From contig QPGO01000038.1 in the NCBI GenBank assembly GCA_008632985.1, positions 335,939 to 399,938 of the forward strand: a stretch of DNA of 64,000 bases, read 5' to 3'. Of the stretch, positions 11,940 through 24,466 are shown piece after piece. A model generated the notes under the pieces. That model ran no database searches, was not told the origin of the DNA, and saw only the letters and a program-made list of their open reading frames with translations. How positions within the stretch are numbered: position 1 is the stretch's first letter; every line of letters starts with the position of its first letter. Position numbers and translations under genes: made by a program. The DNA comes from Psammoneis japonica (lineage: Eukaryota).

Positions 11940-12013
11940 GGCTAAAATCAAAAAGAATAAAATAGAGACGCAATAATGAACTGCACACCAACGCCTTTGT
12001 GAGCATTGCATCG

Positions 12014-12590
12014 GTGTCAAAACACAGCGGCAGCGCGCAGTTGGGCGCAGCACCAGTGCTCACATCAGGAGCACAGGCCATCATGCATTCAGATTTATCT
12101 TGTCCTGAAGATTGCAAAAGACAGTGCCATTACCCAACCTTTCCAGAATTGATTAAGATATAAAAGTCATCATAGATTCAAGACATGTTTGCTTGAATAC
12201 TACGAATTGCTGAACAATTGCGCGATACACGTGCCCGAAGGGTGATTGTTGCTTCGGGCACGAAATTCGAGCTTCGCGCACGTAGAGACCGTAGAAAATA
12301 TACCAGCATTCGAGAATGTCCGATTTGTGTAGATCACGTAGCACAGTACCACAGAGGTCATTGATGAAATTACTTTAACGACTCATGCGACTACAATGAG
12401 ATTTTCAATACCATATACTATGTAGAATGGACATCTGCGCGAAGGAAGAATGTTGCTTCGGGCAACGATATTCGACCTTCGGGCACGTGTGTCGCGCAAT
12501 TGTTTTGCAATTTGTAGCACGCACATTGTGTCAAAACACACAGCGCGCAGTTGGCAGCGCAGCACCAGTGCTCACATTAGGAGCACAGGC
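12014..12590 (+). repeat. ~65-bp dispersed direct repeat (12014-12078, 12528-12590)
   Basis: Both copies read gtgtcaaaacac...cagcgcgcagttgg...gcgcagcaccagtgctcacat(c/t)aggagcacaggc. Confidence 0.85.
12200..12517. mobile_element. MITE family 2 with ~42-bp TIRs
   Basis: Left end ctacgaattgctgaacaattgcgcgatacacgtgcccgaagg matches the reverse complement of the right end, ctacaaattgcaaaacaattgcgcgacacacgtgcccgaagg; flanks are TA (left) and CA (right). Confidence 0.75.
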
Positions 12591-12859
12591 GCTTGCACAG
12601 CATCGCAGAGAGCAACACGCACGTTGCGTGGAAACGGCCGTTTCTCGCTCCCACCACCACAAACACACAAACATCATCAACACGGAGCACCTGCAACAAT
12701 GGCCATCGCCGCTGAAAATGAGCATCATCGATTTTGCGTTGACACCATTTGACCTGCTGTTGTCAACCCAAAAACCAGTTCACAATGAAAACAAAATGGG
12801 AGTGTTCTCTGGAGACGAGGTGTGCTTCTTCATTCTCACATTTCCAGAACTCATTTCAT

Positions 12860-14330
12860 TTTCCCTCCCACCTTGCCACGAAAACTGCTGCTGGCATCGT
12901 GCCAGCGCTTCCCACTTTTGCACCATCCTTTGGGGAATGATGACCGGCTGGCTTGCTTGCTGGGAATCGTCTGCTTCAACCGTCCAGGTCACATTGTTGC
13001 AACGGCAGTGGCTGTGTGGGTCCCTGCTTTCTCCTCTGTTGGAACAGATGCAGCAGCCATCTCCTTGGCAGCAAGGCTTTCACCTTGAGGTTCCATGTTG
13101 AATGTGCAGCTCCAAGGTTTTGGAATCTTTGTTGCTGTCCAAAGTGACAGTGCTGATGTTGTTCTCCTCCGGGGCGGCTTGCCTTCTTCATCGGAGCAGG
13201 TGGCACAAGAAAATGAGCTCTTGCTTTCATCGTCTGCCAAAACACAGTGTGCGCTGGTCATGCTCGCAGCAGTTTTTGCCTCTCAAGATGTGCAAAAGTG
13301 GGCCAGATTCTGTGTGCGCAGGACTCAGTGTGTTTTCTGCACAAATCGCCAAAGTCACCTCTCCAGCTTGAACCCCCTCAAGGATGATGGAAACTTGAAC
13401 ACAACAAAGCATCCAGGCTGGTCAACTGCGCTCCCCTCAACTTGTTCATGGAGAAAAACTGCAAGTTTCCATGCATTTGTTGTTTCCCACAGCTCTTCAA
13501 AACTCGAACGTCACAATTTTGGAGCCTTGTCAGCATCAGTGTGATCCCGGCACTCCTGCCCTCCTTGCGGCACTGGAAGGGCTTGATGGAAGCTGCACAG
13601 ACAGCATCACAAGTGGCCTCTTTGTGTGCATGCAGCACAAAGTGGTGCTGTCCTTCTTGTGAAAAAGTGCAAAAGTGTGGTTGGAGCAAGCAACCAGCTC
13701 TCTTCCTTCCTCAAGGGGCCCATGCTCACTCATCAGAGTGTGGCTGGTTTGCAGCAAGAGCTGGAGCAGTGGCAAGCACAGCCACCTCCTCACAAACAAT
13801 GCATGACAGTGGGATGTTCTGAGAACCAAAAGTGTGCTGCATGTGGTCACAAAATGCTTTGGCCCACTTCACAACAGGTGGAGACTTGGAGATCTTGGGG
13901 ACAACTTGATCATTGTCTTGCTCACACTGTGGAGCCTTCCGAGATCTCCGGAAATTCTTGAGAACAGGACTCCAATGCATGTTGGCTGCAGTGAGCTCTC
14001 TGCCAAGTGTGCCACAACACTTGGCATCTTGCAGAGCTGCCTTCAGCTGTGCACTGTGCTTTTGGCAAAAAGAACAACAGAAGCAGGGGTTGGAACAACT
14101 GCACCTGCAGGAGTGCAAGGGTTTGGATCAGTGACATTTCCTCCTGTGAAGGCTTCTTGAGGTTTTCAAATGGTTGCTTGAGACCTTCCTCATCAACATC
14201 CATCATGTCATTGACAAACTCAAGGCCTTCGACCATGAGCTGGGCACAAGTTGCATCAGGTGGCACTGTCTGATCAGTGTCCCCTGAAAGAAGGCATTGA
14301 TTTGTGTGGCGGCAAATGCTGTGGCAATCA
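12860..14330 (-). mobile_element. Degenerate CoDi-like Copia gag
   Basis: Fragments AKCCGTLGRELTAANMHW, VPKISKSPPVVKW, NIPLSCIV, APALAANQPHSDE and EAT...CAASIKPFQCRKEGRSA resemble diatom Copia gag with Y->C and R->C/H changes. Confidence 0.75.
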
Positions 14331-14789
14331 GCCAGCAGTGTGGCTCTGACAAAGTGCAAAAAGTGCTTCAATGAAAAAAATGCAATCTGTTGAAATTGTG
14401 AGACCTCTGTTGCATGGAGATTTTTGCATTGCACCACAGACCCAAAAATGTCAATGACATCAACAAATGACCAGGGCATTTCCAGAGCATCATGCACCAG
14501 CATGTCCAAAGAGTTTGTGGACACACCACTGAAACAAGCCAGCAGTCCTCTGGCTGTGCCTTGTCAATCACACAAGGACCAGAGCCATGAAACTCATTGC
14601 CTTTGGGAGCAGGGCACATGCAGCTTTTGATCTTTGGTTGATGCCAATGAGCCTTTTTGTGACAACACTCCTGGCTCATTTTTGTGCATGCTTTGTGTGC
14701 GCCCCCCAGCTCTTGCCCTGCCACAGCAGCGACAAGCACCCAGTTGAAGGAGACAAAAACGGGAGCTTCGCTCTTTGAACTTGGGCCAA

Positions 14790-15480
14790 TCCGGTGCGGC
14801 CCGATTGTTGCATGCACTGCCAGCATCCAATGGAGGACCAAGATCACATTCTACAGTGTCCCCATGATGAAGAATGGCACAGAAAGTTTTTGCAAGGCCT
14901 GCGGAAAAAGTGTGACGACATTCACACATCACCATCCAACTGTGATTTGATCCTTTCATCAATCAAGACATGGTTCCGAGAGGAAAATTGTGCATTCGGA
15001 CGGTCTTCATGGGAGTGTGTTGGCGGTTTTCCGATCCCAGGATGCTGTTGGCTGGAGGCATGTCTTTGGTGGACGTTTTTCCTGTGAATGGAATGTGACA
15101 CAGCAAGCTTGCCTGTTGTCCAGTGGACTGCATCAGGATCTTTTGGACAAAGAGCAGCTTTTGGACTGGGCAGCAACTGTCGGCAATTGTGTTTGGGAGC
15201 AATGGTGGGAGTTGCGGGACTCTCATGACGACAATGTGCACGGCCACGATTCGGACACTGGGAAGTCATCCCAATGGAGAGACGCTGAGGCAGAGGTTCA
15301 AGCCATTCACTCAAGATCAGACGAATGTCTTGCAAAGGACAGATCACAATTGTTCGATTTGGTTGAAGAACATCTCACACATTCCACCCATTGCATTCGA
15401 AAATGGCTGGCTGTGGTCAAACTGATGTTCAAGTTGAGCATTGAAGAAGCCAAGCATCCAGCTGCACGTGGAACTTGAGC
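14790..15480 (+). mobile_element. Degenerate non-LTR retrotransposon ORF C-terminus
   Basis: CMHCQHPMEDQDHILQC zinc knuckle followed by QDAVGWRHVFGGRFSCEW and WEQWWELR...VHG, typical of LINE-like ORF2 tails. Confidence 0.6.
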
Positions 15481-16659
15481 TGTCGCAAGTTGCTTTGGCA
15501 TGGCATTGCCTGCGGGTGATGCCAATCCTGGCCAATTGTTGTGTGCTCCTGCCGCACCATTGGTGTGCTGGGGGTGTGGGTTGGCTTGTTGCCAGAGTTG
15601 TGGGGTGGAAGTGCAGCAGCACTTTAAAGATGGAAGTTTGGTTTCGTTTTGTTCTTTGAACTTGGGCCAAAGTTTTTCCATGTGGGATGGGCAGCAATGA
15701 GCAACATGAGAATGACCTCAGCTGTGGTGTCACAAAGTAAAAACTCTCCATTGATGGGCCCACTTTGACCACTTTTGCTGTCAGCTTTTCAGGCTCTGTC
15801 TTGATTGGAGTCATTTTGTTTCCAGTGATTTCATCTTCAATGCAACCGGGCCCCCCTTGATCTGCCCAACACATTTTGGGCTCTGACACTTCCACGTCTG
15901 CTGGCGGCGACATTGTCCTGCAGCAGTGGGGCATCTTCCATGAGTTGTTCATCACAGAATTCTCAAAAATGATGAATCAAGATTCCTTGCTTCCTTTTTC
16001 TGCTTTCTTCTCTTTAGTCAACATGCTTTGGAACCCAGCGCTGGTGCAAAAGCCACTGAAATGAGAGATGGACCATCAAATGTCAAAGTCATTGGGTGTC
16101 ACACAACACAATGACTTGCAGGACAAATGACAAGGCCAAGACAGTGCTTTGTGTGATGGCTGCAAAGCCACCAAACAACAAGTGGCAAAAACCTCACTTG
16201 GAAGTGTGCAGAAGTGCAAATGTGAGGATGAGTGTTGCTGCAATGAGAGTGACCCATCAACACCCAATGGGCTCATGCACTCTTTCTTTGCCAATCAGTT
16301 CCAGGCATCCTCAATGAGGGGGTGGTGCTGGTCCTGCTCTCTGCAAGCACTGAACAGCGCCATCTCTGAGAGGGGTTCCACATGTTGAGACAGGGAGGTG
16401 TCAAAGCCCTGTTGCAAGATGCCACCAACACCACAATCTTCCAAGACAGCCAGCCAAAGCAGCATTGCAAAAATGGCTCCAATGCCAGACTCCACAAAAA
16501 ACATGTGCACAGGGTGGCAAAATGCATGTCCAAACCCCAGCCTCTCACTCTCATCGCTGCATCAACTGCACAAAAACCTCTTTCTTCTCAGACTGACTCA
16601 CTCACAAGCAGCACACCAAGGCAGTTGGGATCAAGCCTTCCAACAAGCACGTGGCTGCG

Positions 16660-16905
16660 TGAAGTGATCAGCCCCACATCTGCATCAAACATTTGGGGCT
16701 CAAGTGTGCAATGATTGCTGGCTGATCCAATGACAGCCTGCTGACAAACATGACTTTTGCTGTGAGGTGCATTTGCTCATGCTTGCTGCATGAAGTGATC
16801 AGCCCCATCTGCATCAAACATTTGGGGCTCAAGTGTGCAAATGCTGACTGATCCAATGACAGTGTGCTGACAAGCATGACTTTTGCTGTGAGGTGCACTT
16901 GCTGC
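16660..16905 (+). repeat. ~130-bp tandem duplication
   Basis: tgaagtgatcagcccca...catttggggctcaagtgtgcaa...catgacttttgctgtgaggtgca occurs twice. Confidence 0.85.
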
Positions 16906-17872
16906 AGCGCATGTTGCTGGCAACTGTTGCACTCCTTTGTCTGTGCATGGCTGGTCCACTTTGTGCATTGCGTGCAGCAAGCTTGATGAAATGGCACCAC
17001 AATGATGTGTGACAAACAAAGCATCATGTGTGTTGGCATGCAAAAGCCCCAGAGTGTCTCACATCTTGTCGGGCAAGCCCGAGGCAGGTGCGCTTCCAAA
17101 AAAAAAAGAACACGTTTTGCTCCAAAGTGTTGAGCAGTGTGTTCTCCATGTTGGCCAGCCTCCTGTCAAAATTGTGTGATTTGTTGGGTGCTGCTTGCCT
17201 TGATGCATGATCTGATGGACCAAGATGCTGGGGCAAGAGCCTGAGTGCTCCCATTTTTGTTTGGCTGACGCGCCAGTGGAAAGTTGAAGACGAGCCAGCG
17301 CAGCCTCCACCACAACAAAAACAAGAGAAGCTCCATCTTGCAGCAGCATGAGACACTCTCTCATTTTGTTTTTGCAGGATGTCCAGCCCATGTCAATGAG
17401 AGCCAGGCACCTGCACACCAAACAAAACCAAAAGCACTGACACAACTGCAGTGTGAAACCAGCGTGTGCCCCGCAACAAGTGGAAAAACATGTTTGTGGC
17501 AAGTTCATTCACTCAAGAGCCAAATGCCATCAATGTGGACAAAACACAGGCACACAAAGAAATGTCAACATTGTTGTTCTCGATTTGTTGGTTGTGGGCG
17601 GAATTGGATTTGGATTGTGAATTTGAAATTTGAAGATTTTTTTCGTCAGTCAGTCGCTCGGCAAGTCTTTTGCATTTTCGACGGTTACCGTAAAGTGTAC
17701 GTAGGAATTAGTAATGTTTCTTGAAAGTACTGAATTACCACGAATCTTCTACATACGAAATCATGTTATTAATTCTACAGATATACTACACAAAAATAAT
17801 AGTGATTGACAAATTCAGCAACGGTCACGACACAAACCAAAAAAGTTGTTCGTTCGCGCTCGATTTTCGATC

Positions 17873-18176
17873 ACAACTCGTCGTCTCGCACGATGTGTTT
17901 GTTGTTTGCCAAGCAGGAACGCAGGCGATCGCCCAGGATGGCTCACCCTTCCTGTGGATAATAGAAAGTCTTCTCTTGCTTGGCAGTTATACAACTCATT
18001 TTGCTTGATGGCGTGTTGTCTCTCTTTTAAAACTCGTCGTCTTGCACGATGTGTTTGTTGTTTGCCAAGCAACGAATGCCGCGATCGCCGAGGATGGCTC
18101 GCCCTTCTTCTGGAACAGATTGCTCGCTCTTGTTTGGAATTCCACAAATCATTTTGCTTGATGGCGTGTTTTCTCA
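17873..18176 (+). repeat. ~157-bp tandem duplication
   Basis: aactcgtcgtct(c/t)gcacgatgtgtttgttgtttgccaagca...tcattttgcttgatggcgtgtt occurs twice. Confidence 0.85.
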
Positions 18177-19347
18177 ATCGGCGGCGTAGGTGTTGCCAGT
18201 TAAGTCCGGAGGTCGGGGCAAATCGAATGCGTCTCTCCGGCCTTGAGTCCATGTCACTCTCGTGTCTTCGAGCGTAGGAAGTTGCCTGTTCGCTTGACCC
18301 GTCAGGTCACGGCTGTTGAAACAGACAGCAGCGTTCGTCTGTGAAGCAACAATAGCTTGCCAAGCAGATCATACCGTTGACGGAACGCGGGGTTTGGGGT
18401 TCCGTCGTACCAGTGACGTGGTACGGTAAGTCTTCATTCGTAAGGAATGTTGATTTAGCACGCGGTTGACTCGCAAGTTTTCTTGTTGTCTCCGTAGTAC
18501 GTCCCCCCTTTTTCTTTTTTTTGGGATGGTGATCCACCCCGAAAATAGGAAAAAGCTTGAGCTCCATCTTCTGATGGCGCTCTTGAGGCAATGCTATCCT
18601 ACGCAACCGATTTCAATAGCTACTTTGAAACTTTTCCTTCGGATTCATTCTGATGTTATTACAAATAGTGATCTAAATTACCATATATAATACAGATCTA
18701 GGGTTATGGGGGGGTTTAGAGCATTCCGTGCGCAAGTGATTGCGATGGCGGCCGTAGAGTTTGTTGTGTAGGCGTCTCTTGCTGCCGTTTCTGTTTCGAT
18801 TCTTTCGTAGGTACCTCGTCTTGTTTTGTATCAATGGACCTTGTCAGTAGTTCTATTGTTGTGTTACCGGTAAGATGATCCATTCGTATCAGCACCAACA
18901 CCGTTTTGAAACAAAAGATTATAATAACGAAACATGCAGTCAAAGTATGCTGTCTGCTGGCGAGCGATGGGATTTGTTCCATTTCCTCCTCCGTGGCTTA
19001 GCAAATTCACATTAATTGGAGTTCCTTGCATATATTTTGCTTTCGGCTGCTTCTTGGCCTGTTTCTTTGCAGACATGACCATATCTTCACCGTTGCCTTC
19101 CTGCTTCCTGAACGCAGACATCGCCTAAAGTTTCTCCGCTTTCTTTCACCACGATTGTAGAAAAACGAGCTGAACAGCACGAAAGCGCAGCTTTGTCTCC
19201 TTACAATCCAAAGTTGGGTCCGAGAGTCCATCCAAGTGGCCTGTAAGATTAACAAGTACCATATATGAGAATCCAATCGCTTCCTTTCGAACACTATGCT
19301 ATTCCACAAACTCGATACACTTACCTGAGCTCCTCAAAATTGTAGGA

Positions 19348-20230
19348 TTATGAATGATGCAAGTATCCAGCCCCACAACATGGAGCCGCGACTAACCTAC
19401 CCGTGAGAGAAACACGAAGCATGCCATGGATGGGATTAAGAATACCACTCATGGCAAGCTTGGCGTGTTCCTTCTCCGTTCCGTTCTGAGCTACCGCCAA
19501 AGCCAGACGCAAGGCAGCAGAGACAGATCTTTCTCCAAAGCCACCCACAAGAAGAGTGGGCAACACAGCTTGTCGCTGTCTGGTTCCGTATACGAGAACG
19601 TCACACGCAATGGAACAGAATTCTTGTTCTCGCCTCTTGAAGTCATTGTCTGTGGGTACATCATCCTGCATTATAGCCAACATTTACGTTTCAAAAGATG
19701 AGAATTCCATCCAACCCTTCGTTTCCAACTCATACATTACAAGGCTACTAACTCACCCTTTTAAACAACGATCCCTTTCCGCTTCCCGGAGCCACAGAAG
19801 AACCACAAAAACTGCCAGCCGCAAGCAAGGCAGCTTCCACCAAGTCCACAAGCGCTGCATTGTAATGAGGACCCTTTTTTCCACTCGCAAACTCCGTCTT
19901 GGCTCGAGCACACGCCGCCAGCAAAATCCATAGGGCCGTCGTTGTGACGTCTCGTGGAGCATTGCGGGCCTGCTTTCCCTTTTTCTTGTAGGTATACGAG
20001 TCGGTATCCACCATTTGATAGAGTCTCGTCAAACAAATTTCCGTCTCGTCGGTATGCGCAATCCCAAACAAGGCACAGAGATTCCGACAACACGCGTCTA
20101 ATGCCTTCATGGCTCCCACCGCCTTGTCTTGCGATTCAAAGTCCAATGGAGAAGCCAAGATGCGTGACACGGTCGAGACGGCACCCGCATCAATGGCTTC
20201 CAGCAACCGATCTAAGAGTTTGGGAGAGCG
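19348..20230 (-). pseudogene. Fragment of a helical (ARM-like) protein gene
   Basis: Two protein-like ORF pieces (19748-20206, 19348-19683) without a clear start or end; TA is retained. Confidence 0.4.
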
Positions 20231-20239
20231 GTTCTTCCA

Positions 20240-20875
20240 TCATACATTATAATGGCGGCCGACGTTTCCAACATACCCGAACAACGCACAATACTCGTCT
20301 TCATCTCCCGCCTCACCACTCACTCCTACAGCTCCAACGAATTCATCACCCAACTTTAAAAGAATATCACCGGGAAATGGGGCCATGTTACCTCCAGATA
20401 CTGAAACTTTGACAAAACTTTGCAGACGCCTCGTTTGCTGCAGACAAATCTCGAAAGGCTCGAGACGGATACTTGTTGACAATGCACGAAAATGTCTTGG
20501 CCTTGGCGAAATCAGGCAGTCCAACTGGATTGCATCCATCCATTCTTTTTGATACGAGCGATGAACCAAAAGCGTCCAGCACTTACACTGTGACTGGATT
20601 GAAACAATTTCGCTTGCAGCAGGAAAGTGTTGGCAATCGAGTCGGCCTGACTGGACATAAAACGGGAACGTACTGAAAGTCCGTGTAGCTGGGATCATTG
20701 GATAATATTATCGTTGAGGAGGTAATGGGACTTGTCGGCGTTGAAAGGTTTTCCAAGTAGCTCGACAAAGTGAGACGAGAGTGACGATTTGGTAGTGAGC
20801 GATAAAGGCGCTGGATTGAGTTACAAGAAGCCCAAGCGCCACGGCAGGAGCAGATAGGAATCTCTTATTTCTCAT
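20240..20875 (-). pseudogene. GlcG/HbpS (DUF336) heme-binding-like gene, disrupted
   Basis: PVTV*VLDAFG...RMDG...AKAK and PGDILLK...VGAVGVSG...DEDEYCA lie in different frames; signal-peptide-like MRNKRFLSAPAVALGLLVTQSSAF; in-frame stop and frameshifts. Confidence 0.7.
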
Positions 20876-21414
20876 TCTTTTGTCAACGTATGGTACCAAA
20901 TGACTGATTCCTTCGGTGTGGATGCAGTGGACTGTTCTCGGCGGACCTTGTTGAATGCGAGCAGGTTTGGAGGACGCGGGAGAAGCTAGTCGGAGCGACT
21001 TCTCTTCGTAGAGAAATGGGCAGTTTGAAGCGAAAGGAAGTATAGATACCGACCGTATGTCCAAAGGGAGCGTGAAAGAGAAGGCTTAGCGGAAAGCTGC
21101 CCTTGATGACTGATCTGAATCGCCTCTGGCCCTCTGGCAGCGCCATGTGCCATGGGTAATGTGACACGCGCCACTGATGTATATTGTTTGCATCGTGCGT
21201 ATCTTGTGAAAGTGGATAAAAAAGGTTCTCCCCATTTCTGCTTTTTGTCGCTACCACTCAGCACTAGCCCTACCATATTCCTACACTTGAAAGACCAATC
21301 AGATGAGCGACATTCTCACTTGAAGTCTCCAACAAATCCTTGGAATCCACTAAGCATGAACATGTGATAGTATATTTCTTTTTGGCAACTCGAGATGTGT
21401 AGTTCCCAGAACTG

Positions 21415-21580
21415 GATTCTGCCACCGATCAACCTCTAGCCATCACTGAATTTCCTCTTGCATGACCATTAAAGTAGCAAGGCCGGGGCACAAGTGACAC
21501 GCTTCCATTGATGACGTTGATTCTGCCACCGATCGACCTTTAGCCAACGTCTGATCTCCTCTTGCATTGTCATTCAAGTA
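21415..21580 (+). repeat. ~63-bp imperfect direct repeat
   Basis: gattctgccaccgatc...cctcttgcat...catt(a/c)aagtag at about 21415 and 21519. Confidence 0.7.
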
Positions 21581-21871
21581 GATGATGGAACACGATGAAT
21601 GACATTGAGGGCTTTGTCAAGGCTAAAAGTTGAGACTCTACACAATGCCGGATGCAGTGATGATAATCTTCCAACATAATCATAAGTACAGCACCCCGCG
21701 GCACGCGGCTCGCAGACAGCGTTGTTTCTGCGCCGACTGTACGTCGACGTGATCTTCCATGTTGCGAGGTCGACAAGCGTGCCATTAAATGCACCGCCAA
21801 GGTGTACACCACCTGGGCTCCCAGATTAGCTGTCCGGTTATTCTGATCTAGTTTTTGAAGAAAAACATTCT

Positions 21872-22480
21872 TCAGAAACAAGGCAGACAATGGCGTGGCA
21901 GTGAAAGTCCACAGCAGCTGCCTTGCAATGGTGATTGAGGACTCTCCTGTTGGTTTCCTGGGGAACATGCCAAGAACCATGGTTGGTTGGTGCAAGCTTT
22001 GTCTTGGGCAGATGCATCACCTTGTTGTCCTGGCAGACAAGGATTGTGCCCCCCCCCCCCCCCATCATCAGAGTCCTGCTGCAGAACCAAGAGGCAGCAG
22101 ACAATGGCACGACAGTGCAAGTCCACAGTTGCCTTGCACTGGCAATGCATCACTCTGTTGGGTCTCTGGGGACATGCCAAGAATTGTGGTTGGGCAGTGC
22201 AAGCCTTGTCTTGGGCAGACGCAGCCCCTTGTTGTGTCCTGGCAAACCAAGATTTTGCCCCCCAGCCCTGCTGCAGAAACAAGGCAGAGAACAGTGTGAT
22301 GGGGCAAGTCCACAGCTGCCTTGCAACAGTGATGGTGAAAACTCAGTTGAGTCCCTGGGGGCATGCCAAGAACCATGGTTGGGCTGTGCAAGCCTTGTCA
22401 TGGGTCCACACAGCACCTTGTTGTCCTGGCAGACCAGGATTTTGTCCCACCAGTCCTGCTGCTGAAACAAGGTAGACAGC
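21872..22480 (+). repeat. Three-unit tandem repeat, unit about 190-205 bp
   Basis: cagaa(a/c)caag...aagtccacag...catgccaagaa...gtgcaagc...tcctggca repeated three times. Confidence 0.88.
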
Positions 22481-24466
22481 AGCATGACAGCACACGTCAA
22501 TGGACCACAATGATGGTCACAGCAATTGCAGCGCTGTTGCAGTCTGTGTTGTCATTGTTTCTGCTTTGGCGCTGCACCGCTGTCTGCTGTCTGCTGTCCT
22601 CTTGTTTTCAAATGGGGTCCACACTGTGGTGTTCATTGCGGGATGCCCCAAGGCTTGTTGATGACAGGTGCTGCACTCTTGCAATTGATGTCATTGTTGC
22701 TCAATGCCAAAGCACAGCTGTTTCCAACACTGGCATCACAACTGAGTTCTGCCATCGCAGCTGTTTTTGCACTGCTCCATTGATTTTAGATGTTGCATCT
22801 TCAGCACTCTTTTGTGGAACTGAGAGAAAAATTTTGAGGGAGGGCCACGACAATGGAGAAATGAGATTGCCAACTGAGTGACCACCCATGATGCAAGAAG
22901 CTTCCATTTGTCTTCAAACAAGTTGCCACAAACTGCACTGACAGAGTCTAAATGCCAAACAGCTTTGGCAACCAAGTGAGCATGCAGGCCACCTTGTTCA
23001 AGCAGCATCCACACATTTCAGAATCTGGCAGTTGACAAAACCCTTGCACTTGACATGGACTTGATCATTTGGTCCAGCACAAGGGCCAGTCTTTCAAAGC
23101 CACACAGAACTGACATGGAAATCCTTTCTGGAACTTGTTCCTCTCTTGCACAACAGAAGGGACTGTTTCCTTGGCAAAGACTTTGTCAAACTTGTGTGCA
23201 AGAAGTGACGTTGTCGCGTGCACGAGCCCTGGCTTTTCCCAGCAGCACTTGTGACAGCACATGTGCAGGTCCCCATGGCCACCCAAACAATCAATTGCTC
23301 ATGTGCACTTTTGCACAGCATGGGCAACCCACTGTGGGGGTGCTGTCTTTTTTCCAAAAGACACCCCACCACATCCAAAGGCTCAGCTGCGGCTGGAACA
23401 AATGTCAGCCCCTTGTTGCTGCCGGTGGTTTTTGAACAAGAGCAATGTGTGGTTTCCTTTGGGGGCTGCTCATGGAAGAGAAACTTTGGCATGCCACCAG
23501 CAGCACAACTCAACTGTCAAGTCTCCACCAAGCCATCAGCAACAACACTTGGAGGCACCAATGGCGCAGCTGTGTCTTGGTGTCCAAGAGACAAACAATG
23601 ACCACAAGTGCATTTGAAAAGTTGGGCAAGAGTCATCACACCAAAAGACAGCCATGCAGACTGTGCACACCAGCGCTCAATTGGAGAATTCTTGGATGAC
23701 AGAGCCAGTGCCCAGATGAGATTTGCGCCATTGTTGAGTTTGTCTGGCTTTGACCAACAGCCAGACACTTTGAGTTGCCACATTTGCTTCAGAATCTGAG
23801 GCAGTTTCTGAACCTCATCAATTGATGCATTGTTCAGAAACCTCTTCAAGCATGGATGGCATGGATTTGGTTGCTCATGTGTGGCACAAAAGCAAGCATG
23901 GTGAGCTCTCTCTCCTCCTGCACCAAACCAGGAAAGAATTTAAAAAAAGATGCCACATTGTGAGATGAAGTTGCACATGAAGACACACTCTCACCACAAC
24001 AATGATGGCAGAAGAAAGACAAAAATGGGCACCACCATCATTTTCTCCTTCAAAACAGCAGGCCGTGATGTTTGTGATGTTGTGCAGCACATTGCAATGT
24101 GCGTGCTTGAAGAGTGAAACACATGATGGAACAAAGGCTCATCATGCACTCAACTTCACTCATGGCTGCATGCACACAAACAGTTGGTCACAATGACTCG
24201 CGGTTTTGGTTGATTGTGTCAAACCAAAATGTTGGTTGCAGTTTTGGCTCACATTTTCCAGCTGGCATTCTGCTGCTTCTCCAGCCAGCTGGTCACTGAA
24301 GTTCACAAGAAGATCATTGATTCAACACAACTTGAATGTGACCCCCATTCAAGAAAAGAAATGGCAGAAAACAGAATCAGGAAGTGACTTCATTGGCTGA
24401 CAATTTCTCAAGCTGAGCTCTGAGAACATCTCACAGTTTCCTACAAAAAAGTTTCTCATCACCACA

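Larger units (their letters stand above)
12520..17600. other. TpA-depleted hypermutated block B
   Basis: By eye only a handful of TA in about 5 kb (e.g. near 14852, 15625, 15739, 16015); ORFs almost Tyr-free in all frames. Confidence 0.92.

Noticed and set aside
17815..19330. Short ORFs, including the duplicated KHAIKQN module
   Set aside because: No recognisable domain or gene structure; reported only as a repeat.
21872..22480. CRISPR-like array
   Set aside because: Units are long and similar throughout with no unique spacers; eukaryotic context and no cas genes.
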